DNA of 64,000 bases from a virus. Made by a program: the position numbers and the translations under genes. Every line of letters begins with the position of its first letter. Position 1 is the first letter of the stretch. Below are positions 1 through 9,223 of this stretch, piece after piece. Where the stretch lies: positions 31,290-95,289 of IMG/VR virus record IMGVR_UViG_3300034068_000566. One strand, written 5' to 3'. The notes below the pieces were generated by a model. It did not search any database, was not told where the DNA came from, and saw only the letters and a list, made by a program, of their open reading frames with translations.

Positions 1-2
1 CA

Positions 3-188
3 AGCGAAATTCTTGTAACAGTAGACGGAGCAAACAATGTATATATTACAGAGTATGCCAATGTAATTAGTAATGCTGCCCTTGGAACAATTACTGCAGC
101 CTATAGCGCTGGAAATGTTGTTCTTACAGTTGCTGCAACAGCAGCAGATACTTCAGTTAAGTTACACAAGACTTACGTTGAAGCATAA
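3..188 (+). CDS. 3' end of a virion/tail-fibre-associated protein (partial)
   Basis: Open frame from the window edge (SEILVTVDGANNVYITEYA...KTYVEA*) ending in TAA at 186-188; beta-rich, upstream of fibre genes. Confidence 0.7.
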   Translation, partial: SEILVTVDGANNVYITEYANVISNAALGTITAAYSAGNVVLTVAATAADTSVKLHKTYVEA

Positions 189-222
189 TTTAAAAATACA
201 GTAAAAAGAAAAGAGGACGGGA

Positions 223-675
223 ATGGCAACTACTACTAAAGACTTTAAAGTTAAACACGGTTTATCCGTAGTCAATGGAGGTTCCTTTGGTGGAACGGTA
301 GTAGTTGCTACCCCAACCGAAAATACACATGCAACAACAAAAGCATATGTTGATGGTCTTGCTGGGATAACAATAGCAACAACAGCACCAGCAATAACAA
401 GAAATGGACAGTTCTACTTTAATCCAGATACCTACCACTTATCAGTCTCTTATGACAGTGAGTGGTTAGTTTTGGCAAATTATATGGACACTGTAAATCT
501 TCCACAGCACATCCACGACACCTCTATTGGTGGAAATGGCTTACTAACTACAATTTTCCAGGATGCAGGATTCTATTATGAAGTCCCACTATCATTTAAT
601 GATGCTAGTTTTTATAATAATGCTATCTGGGAAATTCTTTTTGACGGCGGTATGGCAGTAGATAACTTCAACTAA
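223..675 (+). CDS. Tail-fibre-associated structural protein
   Basis: KDFKVKHGL N-terminus, ATPT..HATTKAYVD fibre motif, C-terminal DAG/DGG motifs; GAGGA RBS. Confidence 0.65.
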   Translation: MATTTKDFKVKHGLSVVNGGSFGGTVVVATPTENTHATTKAYVDGLAGITIATTAPAITRNGQFYFNPDTYHLSVSYDSEWLVLANYMDTVNLPQHIHDTSIGGNGLLTTIFQDAGFYYEVPLSFNDASFYNNAIWEILFDGGMAVDNFN

Positions 676-680
676 ATTGA

Positions 681-689
681 TGTTATAAT
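681..689 (+). promoter_or_regulatory. Extended -10 promoter (TGTTATAAT)
   Basis: One of many TGnTATA(A/C)T motifs in intergenic gaps. Confidence 0.6.
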
Positions 690-728
690 AATATAAGTAA
701 TGGGTAGCACCCAAAAGGAGAACTAAAT

Positions 729-2942
729 ATGGCAACTAGAATGCAACAGCGCAGAGGAACTGCAGCTCAGTGGATATCTTTAAATGATGGAGATGGCCCA
801 ATTCTTGCTGCTGGCGAAATTGGTTTTGAGAGCGATACTGGTCAGTTTAAGATCGGTAATGGAGTCAGCCATTGGACAGATCTTTCATATTTTAAAGACT
901 TTGGCGATCTAGGCGGATCATTAGACGACTATATTGAACTTACAGCTAAAGGAGCAGCATCTGGAGTTGCAGAACTCGATGCTACATTTAATGTTTTAAC
1001 AAAGACTGGCGTTGTTTTTGAAGGCGCTACAGCAAATGATTTTGAGACAACTTTACAGGTAACAGAGCCAACAGCTGATCGGGCTATCACACTTCCAAAT
1101 GCTACAGGAACAGTTGTTCTTGCAGATGGCAGCGGTAACGTAACAGTATCAGGAGACTTAACAGTATCAGGTACAACTACTATCATTGACAGCACAACAA
1201 TTAATGTTCAAAATAACATTAGATTTGAAGGAACAACACCAAATGATTTTGAGACAAGCTTAACAGCAGCAGATCCAACTGCAGACAGAACTATCACACT
1301 TCCAGATGCCACAGGAACAGTTGTTCTTGAAGATGGAACTCAAACACTATCTAATAAGACAATTAATTTAAATGCAAACACTTTAAACACTACTCTTGCT
1401 CAATTAAATACAGCAGTATCTGATGCCGATGTTGCTTCACTTGCTGGATCAGAAACATTAACTAATAAAACTTTAACATCTCCAAATGTTAATGAAGCAG
1501 TTGCTCTTACAGCAACATCTACAGAGTTAAATATTCTTGACGGAGCAACCGTAAGTGCTGCAGAACTAAATATTCTTGATGGCGTAACATCTTCAACCGC
1601 AGAACTAAATATTCTTGACGGTGTTACATCAACAGCTGCAGAATTAAACGTACTTGATGGAATTACTTCATCTACTGCAGAACTAAATATCCTTGACGGA
1701 GTAACAGCAACCGCAGCACAAATAAATGTTCTTGGAAGCCTAACTGCTACTGCAGCAGAATTAAACATTCTTGACGGTGTTACATCTACTACAGCAGAGA
1801 TAAACAAACTTTCTGGAGTAACCGCTACATCGGCTGAAATTAATACTTTGTCTGGAATTACTTCCACTGTTGCAGAATTAAATATTCTAGATGGTGCACT
1901 TTTATCTGTAACAGAATTAAACTATCTAGATGGTGTTACTTCTGCAATTCAAACACAGATTGATGCTAAAGCAGATACTGCTGCCCCTACATTTACAGGA
2001 ACAGTTGTTCTTCCATCTACAACATCAATTGGAACAGTAACCTCAACAGAATTAGGATATATTAGTGGAGTAACCTCAGCAATTCAAACTCAGATATCTG
2101 GAAAGCAATCAGTTGTTGCTAATGTTTCAGATGTTGAGATTGGATATTTAGATGGCGTTACTTCTCCAATTCAAACTCAATTAGGAAATAAGCAAGCAGT
2201 TGTTGCCAATGTTTCAGATACTGAAATAGGATACCTTGATGGAGTTACATCCGCAATTCAGACCCAACTTGACGCTAAACTAGCATCTGCAACAGCAGCA
2301 TCAACTTATGCCCCTCTAGTATCTCCAGCACTTACTGGAACACCTACAGCACCATTGGCAGTAACTGGAACTAATACAACGCAGGTTGCTACAACAAGTT
2401 TTGTACAGCAAGAACTTGCCGTATTAACAACTGGCGCACCAGCAGCACTAAATACGCTTGATGAACTGGCAGCAGCCCTAGGTGATGATGCTAACTATGC
2501 AGCTACAATTACAACAGCACTTGGAAATAAGGCTCCACTTGCCTCTCCTACATTTACAGGAACAGTTACTCTTCCTGCAGCAGGAATTGTATTTACAGAT
2601 GGCACACAAGCAAAAGAAGGTGTTCCTTCTCGTACACCAATTATTGCAAAGACAGATTCTTACACACTGTCAGCATTAACTGAAAGAGATTCATTGATTG
2701 AAGTTGCAAAAGCAACAGCAACAACAGTTACAATCCCAACAGATGCAACTCTAAACTTCCCAATTGGAACATCTATTGATATTCTTCAAACTGGAGCGGG
2801 ACAAGTAACGATTGCCCCAGTATCAGGAACAGTTACAGTCAATGCTACACCTGGATTAAAGCTTCGTACAACTTGGTCATCTGCAACTCTTCTTAAAAGA
2901 GCAGCAAATACTTGGGTTGTATTTGGCGATCTAACAGCGTAA
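729..2942 (+). CDS. Long tail fibre protein with Mtd_N-like N-terminal domain and internal repeats
   Basis: RMQQRRGTAAQW...LAAGEIGFESDTGQFKIGNG N-terminus; TAAELNILDGVTS and EIGYLDGVTSAIQTQ repeats; C-terminal FPIGTSIDILQTGAGQVT...WVVFGDL fibre domain; AAGGAG RBS. Confidence 0.85.
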   Translation: MATRMQQRRGTAAQWISLNDGDGPILAAGEIGFESDTGQFKIGNGVSHWTDLSYFKDFGDLGGSLDDYIELTAKGAASGVAELDATFNVLTKTGVVFEGATANDFETTLQVTEPTADRAITLPNATGTVVLADGSGNVTVSGDLTVSGTTTIIDSTTINVQNNIRFEGTTPNDFETSLTAADPTADRTITLPDATGTVVLEDGTQTLSNKTINLNANTLNTTLAQLNTAVSDADVASLAGSETLTNKTLTSPNVNEAVALTATSTELNILDGATVSAAELNILDGVTSSTAELNILDGVTSTAAELNVLDGITSSTAELNILDGVTATAAQINVLGSLTATAAELNILDGVTSTTAEINKLSGVTATSAEINTLSGITSTVAELNILDGALLSVTELNYLDGVTSAIQTQIDAKADTAAPTFTGTVVLPSTTSIGTVTSTELGYISGVTSAIQTQISGKQSVVANVSDVEIGYLDGVTSPIQTQLGNKQAVVANVSDTEIGYLDGVTSAIQTQLDAKLASATAASTYAPLVSPALTGTPTAPLAVTGTNTTQVATTSFVQQELAVLTTGAPAALNTLDELAAALGDDANYAATITTALGNKAPLASPTFTGTVTLPAAGIVFTDGTQAKEGVPSRTPIIAKTDSYTLSALTERDSLIEVAKATATTVTIPTDATLNFPIGTSIDILQTGAGQVTIAPVSGTVTVNATPGLKLRTTWSSATLLKRAANTWVVFGDLTA
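1510..2280 (+). repeat. Coding tandem repeats in the fibre shaft (13-aa ELNILDGVTSTAA units, then ~24-aa EIGYLDGVTSAIQTQ units)
   Basis: About 11 degenerate 39-nt units followed by longer related units, visible in both DNA and protein. Confidence 0.85.
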
Positions 2943-2972
2943 TAAAAATTCAATAAAAAATAGGAGATATAA

Positions 2973-3959
2973 ATGGCATCAGGTAAAAAAATAGGCAAGA
3001 AGTCTCAAGCGTCAAATGACTTCTTAGAGCCAATGGCTCCTACTGGTGTAACAGCAACAAATGTTGGAACTGGAAGAGCCTTTAATAATGGAGCAGCTAC
3101 AGTTACATTTTCTTTGCCTGCACTATCTCCTGCTGCTTCATCATTTACTGTAACCTCATCACCTGGCGGATATACTGGCACTGGAGCATCTTCTCCAATT
3201 ACAGTAGCTGGACTTCAATCTGCCACAGCCTATACATTTACCGCAACAGCTACTAATGCTGCAGGAACATCTGTAGCCTCTTCTGCTTCAGCTTCTATTA
3301 CCGCAACAACAGTTCCAGCAACTATGTCTGCTCCAACCCCAACTGCTGGAGTTAATCAAAACTCAATTGCTTTTTCAGCACCAGCAACTGGTGGATCTAC
3401 AATTACAGGATTTACCGTAACAGGCTCTGATGGTACATCTGGAACTGGAGCATCTTCTCCAATTGTTATTGCAGACACTGGTGGAACTTCTCAGACATAT
3501 ACAGTTAGGGCAACTAATGCTAACGGTACTGGTTCAGCTTCATCTGCATCTGGATCTATTACCACTACCCCGCCATTTTTCCCACCATTCTTCCCACCTT
3601 TCTTCCCGTTCTTCCCACCATTCTTCCCTCCGTTCTTCCCTCCGTTCTTCCCACCATTCTTCCCATTCTTCCCGTTCTTCCCACCATTCTTCCCTCCGTT
3701 CTTCCCACCTTTCTTCCCACCATTCTTCCCATTCTTCCCACCATTCTTCCCACCTTTCTTCCCTCCATTCTTCCCACCGTTCTTCCCATTCTTCCCATTC
3801 TTCCCATTCTTCCCACCATTCTTCCCACCTTTCTTCCCACCTTCATTCCCATTCTTCCCTCCATTCTTCACAGCACCTTCTTGCCACACTTGCAATGGCT
3901 CTGATGCCTACTGGGGCTACTATGGCTGTGGTTACCCAGGAGAAGTTGTTTGCAACTAA
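2973..3959 (+). CDS. FN3-like domain protein with 100-aa Pro/Phe repeat and Cys-rich C-terminal tip (probable virion fibre/decoration protein)
   Basis: Two FN3-like repeats (APTGVTAT...GASSPITVAGL..ATAYTFTATATNAAG; PATMSAPT...YTVRATNANG), then (P)PFF x27, then CHTC...C...C; AGGAG RBS. Confidence 0.8.
   Translation: MASGKKIGKKSQASNDFLEPMAPTGVTATNVGTGRAFNNGAATVTFSLPALSPAASSFTVTSSPGGYTGTGASSPITVAGLQSATAYTFTATATNAAGTSVASSASASITATTVPATMSAPTPTAGVNQNSIAFSAPATGGSTITGFTVTGSDGTSGTGASSPIVIADTGGTSQTYTVRATNANGTGSASSASGSITTTPPFFPPFFPPFFPFFPPFFPPFFPPFFPPFFPFFPFFPPFFPPFFPPFFPPFFPFFPPFFPPFFPPFFPPFFPFFPFFPFFPPFFPPFFPPSFPFFPPFFTAPSCHTCNGSDAYWGYYGCGYPGEVVCN
3570..3869 (+). repeat. (PPFF/PFF)n low-complexity coding repeat
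   Basis: 300 nt: 18 PPFF, 8 PFF and 1 PPSF (46 P, 53 F, 1 S); Pro codons vary at the third position. Confidence 0.95.
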
Positions 3960-4007
3960 GCAGATATCAATGATTATGATATACTTGTATAAAGAAAAGG
4001 AGAACTA

Positions 4008-4454
4008 ATGATTAAAGATATTGATATTCAACATAGTTTTAGTAGAGATAAGTTAGCAGGAGCACCATTAGTATTTGTTATTGATGGGGAGTGTCTTTAT
4101 AATTTTAATGCAACACTTCCTGGCATTGACCTATTTACAAAAAATAAAGGCATTACAGATATATCTGCTGACTACCCAGAGCACGATGGGGCTACACTTC
4201 AAATTGTTAAAGAAAATGATGAAATTGAAGTCTATCAAACTAACGAATACTTTGGTTCAGTTTTACTAAGCAATCCAACAGTTCTTGATTTAAATGATTA
4301 TCCTTATGGACATCATGTTATGTCTCCAGATGCCTCATTTGATGGAGAAAAGTTTATTATTAAAAATAAAACGGTTGCTGAACATGTACGATTAACGGAA
4401 TGGCATATTCACAATCCTAAAAATCCAAATTATGTACCCCATCCAAACGTTTAA
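4008..4454 (+). CDS. Hypothetical protein, possibly a fibre-associated chaperone
   Basis: AAGGAG RBS and upstream TGATATACT; FVIDGE...VLLSNPTV...FDGEKF pattern resembles small proteins that follow phage fibre genes. Confidence 0.55.
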   Translation: MIKDIDIQHSFSRDKLAGAPLVFVIDGECLYNFNATLPGIDLFTKNKGITDISADYPEHDGATLQIVKENDEIEVYQTNEYFGSVLLSNPTVLDLNDYPYGHHVMSPDASFDGEKFIIKNKTVAEHVRLTEWHIHNPKNPNYVPHPNV

Positions 4455-4490
4455 TTTTTTTATTATATAATTACAACAAAGGAGTTTGTT

Positions 4491-4724
4491 TTGTCAGAAA
4501 AAAGCGCATGGGAAAAATATAAAGAAAAAAATGGGGTAACTCCACTAGATATGCTTAATCCACATACAAAGCGTATACCACATGAATCTGCTCAAAAAAG
4601 ATTTGATATTTGTAAGGAGTGTCCAGAATTAATAAAACTTACTTCTCAGTGTAAAAAATGTGGTTGTTTCATGAAAGTTAAGACTACTCTTGAGATTGCT
4701 AAATGCCCACTAAATAAGTGGTAA
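4491..4724 (+). CDS. Small Cys-rich metal-binding protein (DUF6171-like)
   Basis: R..IC..CPEL...QCKKCGCFM..K......CP..KW; AAGGAG RBS, TTG start. Confidence 0.7.
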   Translation: MSEKSAWEKYKEKNGVTPLDMLNPHTKRIPHESAQKRFDICKECPELIKLTSQCKKCGCFMKVKTTLEIAKCPLNKW

Positions 4725-4758
4725 CACTCGCTATATATTGCTTTAAATAGCACTTTTA

Positions 4759-4767
4759 TGCTATAAT
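4759..4767 (+). promoter_or_regulatory. Extended -10 promoter (TGCTATAAT) for the oxygenase cluster
   Basis: Consensus motif about 30 nt upstream of the ATG at 4798. Confidence 0.65.
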
Positions 4768-4797
4768 AAAACTATACCATTAAAAGATAGGAATCAC

Positions 4798-5517
4798 ATG
4801 CAAGCATATGATGAAAACGATAATCACTGGTTTACTAAAGATAGATCAGAAACAGCCTCAACAAGAATTTCCCGATTGATGCCTCAAAGTAATATCCCGA
4901 TTAGCAATCCAGGATTAGGTTTAAATATTTATCATAATGTTTTTTCAAAAGATGATTCAGATAGATATATCAATACTCTTGAGCACAATCTTTCAGGGGA
5001 TAATAAGTATAAGTGGTCTGAAGCACAGGTAACAAACTCTACTGTTCCAATCAAAAAAGCAAGAGATGCTGTAGACTTTAAATATAAGCAAGAAAATCTT
5101 GGTCCAAGAGATGAACATAATGCTGATCTGATTGATTTGCATGAAGAGATATATCAAAAACTAAAATTGTGCATAGATGATTATGCACACTACTGGGGAA
5201 TAAATGTTACATATTATGAAGCATTTAACTTTGTAAAGTATGAAGGTGAAGGAACTCACTTTAATATACATGCTGATCATGGTCCAGCTTATAATTGTAC
5301 TGTTTCTGCAGTAATTTATATTAATGATGATTACGAAGGTGGAGAAATTAAGTTTCCAAGATTAGATAATTTTGTTCATACCCCAAAGGTTGGAGATATA
5401 GCAATCTTTCCTTCAAACTATATATATGAGCATGCTTCTTTGCCAATGAAAACAGGAACAAAATATTGTGTTGTCATTATGACAGACATTAATCTTTTAG
5501 GTCACACAGGAAATTAA
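4798..5517 (+). CDS. 2OG-Fe(II) oxygenase, prolyl 4-hydroxylase-like (#1)
   Basis: HAD...YINDDYEGGEIKF...FPSN..YEH.....GTKY. Confidence 0.9.
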   Translation: MQAYDENDNHWFTKDRSETASTRISRLMPQSNIPISNPGLGLNIYHNVFSKDDSDRYINTLEHNLSGDNKYKWSEAQVTNSTVPIKKARDAVDFKYKQENLGPRDEHNADLIDLHEEIYQKLKLCIDDYAHYWGINVTYYEAFNFVKYEGEGTHFNIHADHGPAYNCTVSAVIYINDDYEGGEIKFPRLDNFVHTPKVGDIAIFPSNYIYEHASLPMKTGTKYCVVIMTDINLLGHTGN

Positions 5518-5530
5518 CATAGGAGAAAAT

Positions 5531-6202
5531 ATGAATACAGAAAATACAACATCAGCACCTTGGAGCAGCTATGAAGAGATTGCTCCAGGAATTTTTGTTT
5601 ACCACGACGTTCTGCCAACAGAATTAAACATTATTGATAGGCTGGAAGAGGTTTTGAATAATGACAGACCAAACTATAATTGGCAACCAGCCTATGTTGG
5701 TTATCAACAAAGAATGCCAGAGTATAGAGATTGCGTTGATTTTAAATTTAAGAAAACAGACATTGAAAGAGATGTATCTCCAGACTCCTTAAAACTTCAG
5801 GGCATTTGGCAAGACTGTTATGATAGACAAAAGTTAGCAGTAGAAGATTACTGCAGACGCTTTAATATTAATAACCTAAGATACTGGGAAGCTTTTAATT
5901 ACATTAAGTATGAGCCTGGTCAACACTTTATGGAACATCATGATCATGGATTTTCATATAACTGTACATTGTCTCTAGTTGCTTATATTAATGATAATTT
6001 TGAAGGCGGAGAATTATTCTTTAGACTTCAAGGAATTACGTATATTCCAAAAGCTGGGGATGTTGTATTGTTCCCATCTAACTTTATGTATCCACATCAA
6101 GCTAAGGTTGTTCATTCTGGGACAAAGTATTCTTTAGTAACAATGCTTGACTATAGCGATAAGTATCACACTCCAGAGATGTATCAAGAGACTGGATCAT
6201 AA
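5531..6202 (+). CDS. 2OG-Fe(II) oxygenase, prolyl 4-hydroxylase-like (#2)
   Basis: HHD...YINDNFEGGELFF...FPSNFMYPH.....GTKY; clear paralogue of #1 (RDxVDFK, EAFNxxKYE, DHG..YNCT). Confidence 0.9.
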   Translation: MNTENTTSAPWSSYEEIAPGIFVYHDVLPTELNIIDRLEEVLNNDRPNYNWQPAYVGYQQRMPEYRDCVDFKFKKTDIERDVSPDSLKLQGIWQDCYDRQKLAVEDYCRRFNINNLRYWEAFNYIKYEPGQHFMEHHDHGFSYNCTLSLVAYINDNFEGGELFFRLQGITYIPKAGDVVLFPSNFMYPHQAKVVHSGTKYSLVTMLDYSDKYHTPEMYQETGS

Positions 6203-6915
6203 TGTCAATTATCACTGCTTATAGAAAAACACCAATGGCATTGAATATAGAGCCAATGTCTATAAAAAGAGATTGGATGGATGAAACTCCACAGGGTCAT
6301 GCCTATAGATGTCATCCAGTCACATCTGCCAATGTTATTGGCTGGAGTATATCTTCACCAGTAGACATAAAGTTCATCTGGAATGGTGTTAATGATACAA
6401 GCGGAGATAATGTTACTATACTTGAAGGAAAAGAGTATGTTTATACTGGAAGAGGACAGTCAACAGTTAGTTTTAATACTGGATTTATTTTAAGAACAGA
6501 TGAAAAAACTAGCGTATTGACAATAACTCCACAAAACTATTTTAATGAAGATGTTGAGGTTATGTCCTCTCTCATATCTACTTCTTTTTTAAATACAGAT
6601 TTTCCCTTAGCAATTAAATGCAAGGTAGCAAATAAAGAAATTACTATTAAGGCAGGTTCACCCATAGCAACCATAATTCCTATCTCTTTAACTTCTTTAA
6701 AAGATGAGTCTGTAGAGATAGTCAACTTTGTACACACACAAGAATATTCTGATGCTTTAAACTCATATGGTAAAGCAGCTCAAGAAGTAAACCAGAGTGG
6801 AGAGTGGACTGACTGGTATAGAAATGCTGTAAATGAAAAAGGCGAGTCTATTGGATCACACGAAGTTAAAAATTTAAAATTAAACGTTATTGATAATACA
6901 GGAGGCAAACAGTGA
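6202..6915 (+). CDS. DUF6065-like protein
   Basis: RDWMDET..HAYRCHPV..AN..GW signature; GSPIATIIP. Confidence 0.7.
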   Translation: MSIITAYRKTPMALNIEPMSIKRDWMDETPQGHAYRCHPVTSANVIGWSISSPVDIKFIWNGVNDTSGDNVTILEGKEYVYTGRGQSTVSFNTGFILRTDEKTSVLTITPQNYFNEDVEVMSSLISTSFLNTDFPLAIKCKVANKEITIKAGSPIATIIPISLTSLKDESVEIVNFVHTQEYSDALNSYGKAAQEVNQSGEWTDWYRNAVNEKGESIGSHEVKNLKLNVIDNTGGKQ

Positions 6916-7637
6916 AGATCATTGAGTTTATAACTAATAGGCCTTGGCTAAATAAAGATAGTAAATCAAAGCCAATACCAATTTCAAGATCAATGCCACA
7001 GTGGTATAAAGAAGCTGATAGGTTTGCTAAAAAACCAGATGGAGAATATTGGATAGGACCAGACAAAGGAAAGATCCCTACATGGAAAGCCTGTCCTGCA
7101 ATTCTTGATATTTTAACAACTGGGTATAGCCTTGTAACCCCCTGTGATATAGAATTTTTCCTTGATGGCGCAGGGCAAATTGATGTTAAAACTGAAGATC
7201 CAATGTATAAAGATTTTGCTACAAGAAGAACTCCCATGCCACAATTTCGTCATCCAGAAGGATATTATAATTATCACTTTGCATGGATGCCAGATTGGGC
7301 AGTAAAGGTTCCAGATGGCTATAGCGTTTTATATGTTGCTCCATTTAATAGATACGATCTTCCAATTATGACAGTTTCTGGAATTATTGATAATGACAAA
7401 GTTAACTTGCCTGGATCTTTTCCATTTTTTGTACAAAAAGGTTGGACTGGAGTTCTTCCAGCAGGAACTCCTTATGCTCAGTTGCTTCCATTTTTGAGGG
7501 AAGATTGGAAATCCGAAATAACTGTTCCAACTGCTTCTGAAATGATGAATCATAATATAGAAAATAGTAAAAAATATCGTGTCCCAGATGGCGGAGTTTA
7601 TCAAAAAGAAGTCTGGACTAAGAGATTCTACGAATAG
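6912..7637 (+). CDS. DUF6065-related (possibly dUTPase-like fold) protein
   Basis: PQWYK...KACP.I.D...GY...PCD...PDGYS.L..P.N...SGIID.D...GTPYAQLLPF.RE.W pattern seen beside phage oxygenases. Confidence 0.6.
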   Translation: MKIIEFITNRPWLNKDSKSKPIPISRSMPQWYKEADRFAKKPDGEYWIGPDKGKIPTWKACPAILDILTTGYSLVTPCDIEFFLDGAGQIDVKTEDPMYKDFATRRTPMPQFRHPEGYYNYHFAWMPDWAVKVPDGYSVLYVAPFNRYDLPIMTVSGIIDNDKVNLPGSFPFFVQKGWTGVLPAGTPYAQLLPFLREDWKSEITVPTASEMMNHNIENSKKYRVPDGGVYQKEVWTKRFYE

Positions 7638-7641
7638 GAAA

Positions 7642-7650
7642 TGGTATAAT
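7642..7650 (+). promoter_or_regulatory. Extended -10 promoter, leaderless geometry
   Basis: TGGTATAAT then 5 nt then ATG at 7656; no SD between them. Confidence 0.65.
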
Positions 7651-7655
7651 AAAAC

Positions 7656-8336
7656 ATGAAACAAAATAACGAGTCGTACACAGTAGTTAAAAGAACACCA
7701 TCTATAACTCCATCTGGTTGGTTTGGAGATAGCAAAGACATGATTGTCGAGCTAGAAAATTTTATGACCCCAGAAGAGATTGAGTTTTTAGAAAAAGCTG
7801 CTAAGTCTTTGACAATTTGGGATGTAACTGAAAGCCATATGAATGAAAATGGGACTGTTACATATGACTCAAACTATTGGAAAGACAGAGTTGCTACTAG
7901 CCCAACATTAAATAAAAATGATCCAACCATCGCACCAGTAATTGCTGGATTATTTCAAAGATTAAAACCAATTGTTGAAGAATTTTATAAGGTAGAAGTC
8001 GTTCCAACTGGAACAACTATTGTTAAATGGCTTCCTGGACAATTTCAAAAACCTCATGCGGATAAAGAGTTACATGAAGGTCCTGATGCTGGAACTCCTA
8101 ATGACTTTCCAAATTATGACCTATCTAGTCTATTTTATTTAAATGATGACTATGAGGGTGGAGAATTATACTTTCCTATACAAGGTGTACAGTTTAAGCC
8201 TAAAAAAGGAGCTGCATACTTCTTCCCAGGAGATAAAAACTATATTCATGGAGTTACTGAAATCAAAAGTGGCCTAAGATTTACATGTCCATTTTTTTGG
8301 GAAATTACTAAGCATACAGGAGATAGGCAACCATAA
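7656..8336 (+). CDS. 2OG-Fe(II) oxygenase, P4H-like (#3)
   Basis: HAD...YLNDDYEGGELYF...FFPG..NYIHGV....GLRF. Confidence 0.9.
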   Translation: MKQNNESYTVVKRTPSITPSGWFGDSKDMIVELENFMTPEEIEFLEKAAKSLTIWDVTESHMNENGTVTYDSNYWKDRVATSPTLNKNDPTIAPVIAGLFQRLKPIVEEFYKVEVVPTGTTIVKWLPGQFQKPHADKELHEGPDAGTPNDFPNYDLSSLFYLNDDYEGGELYFPIQGVQFKPKKGAAYFFPGDKNYIHGVTEIKSGLRFTCPFFWEITKHTGDRQP

Positions 8337-9223
8337 TGACATATCCTTGGCCAAACAATAATAAACTTGAGTCAATAGAAATATATCCAAATATTGTTGT
8401 GTACAAAAATCTTTTTAAAGATATTGAAAAATCTTATAAAATTTTAACAGATTCTTTATCAGAAACAGAAGATGGTTTGTTTAATCCTTGGACCACTTGG
8501 TCTGTTTTTGGGGAATACTTAAATCCAATAACTCCTCAATTTTCAATGAATGATAGATATGGAAATATGAAAGATGTAGAAACATCAACAGAAACGCAAG
8601 AAAATCATAAAAACTTTGTAATTGAAATGATGGACAATTTTTATTTAGCTACAGAAGACTATATCAAGAGCCATAATTTAGACGTAGATTTAGATGCAAT
8701 GTCTATAAATGATGATGGGAATCCTATTCCAACATGGAGATGGGCTGGTGGAACTATAGGTAAATATCATGTAAGTAATGAAGACAGTAGAGTTGGAATG
8801 AACTATCATTCAGACTATATAAGAGAGCAAGGTCATACCCCAGGTTATAAGTTTGTAATAACATCTACAATATATTTTAATGATAACTATGAGGGTGGAG
8901 AAATTGATTTTGCAATGGGAGACAAGCTTGTAAAGTATAAACCAGAAGCAGGAGATGTTTTAGTTTTTCCATCAGGGCACCCAGACTATCTGACAGAAGA
9001 AGGAAAACCATATTTACATGGAGTTATGCCATCATATAAAAATAATAAGTTTTTGTCAAGAATGTATTGGCAAAAATATCAAAAAGGAACTGATGATTGG
9101 TATGAAAAAGAAAAAGAGTTTGGAAAAGATGTTTGGGCGGAAATGCAAAAAGATTTAGACGAACAGTTTAGACTAAAGCACCCGCAAAGAGCTGTAATAG
9201 AAAATGGAGTAAGAATACAATGA
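8336..9223 (+). CDS. 2OG-Fe(II) oxygenase, P4H-like (#4)
   Basis: HSD...YFNDNYEGGEIDF...FPSG...YLHGV.....NKF. Confidence 0.88.
   Translation: MTYPWPNNNKLESIEIYPNIVVYKNLFKDIEKSYKILTDSLSETEDGLFNPWTTWSVFGEYLNPITPQFSMNDRYGNMKDVETSTETQENHKNFVIEMMDNFYLATEDYIKSHNLDVDLDAMSINDDGNPIPTWRWAGGTIGKYHVSNEDSRVGMNYHSDYIREQGHTPGYKFVITSTIYFNDNYEGGEIDFAMGDKLVKYKPEAGDVLVFPSGHPDYLTEEGKPYLHGVMPSYKNNKFLSRMYWQKYQKGTDDWYEKEKEFGKDVWAEMQKDLDEQFRLKHPQRAVIENGVRIQ

Noticed and set aside
729-2942. Diversity-generating retroelement suggested by the Mtd_N-like domain
   Set aside because: No reverse transcriptase or TR/VR pair seen in the window; this N-terminal domain is common in ordinary fibres
3430-4008. His/Ser-rich +1 ORF and the antisense GGKN / GRMV repeat ORFs (3491-3895, 3565-3864)
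   Set aside because: Shadow frames of the PPFF repeat; variation is synonymous only in the Pro/Phe frame, which is continuous with the FN3 domains and has an RBS
4731-4740. CTATATATTG resembling an NrdR-box core
   Set aside because: Single copy with poor flanks, 7 kb from the RNR, and likely by chance in AT-rich DNA
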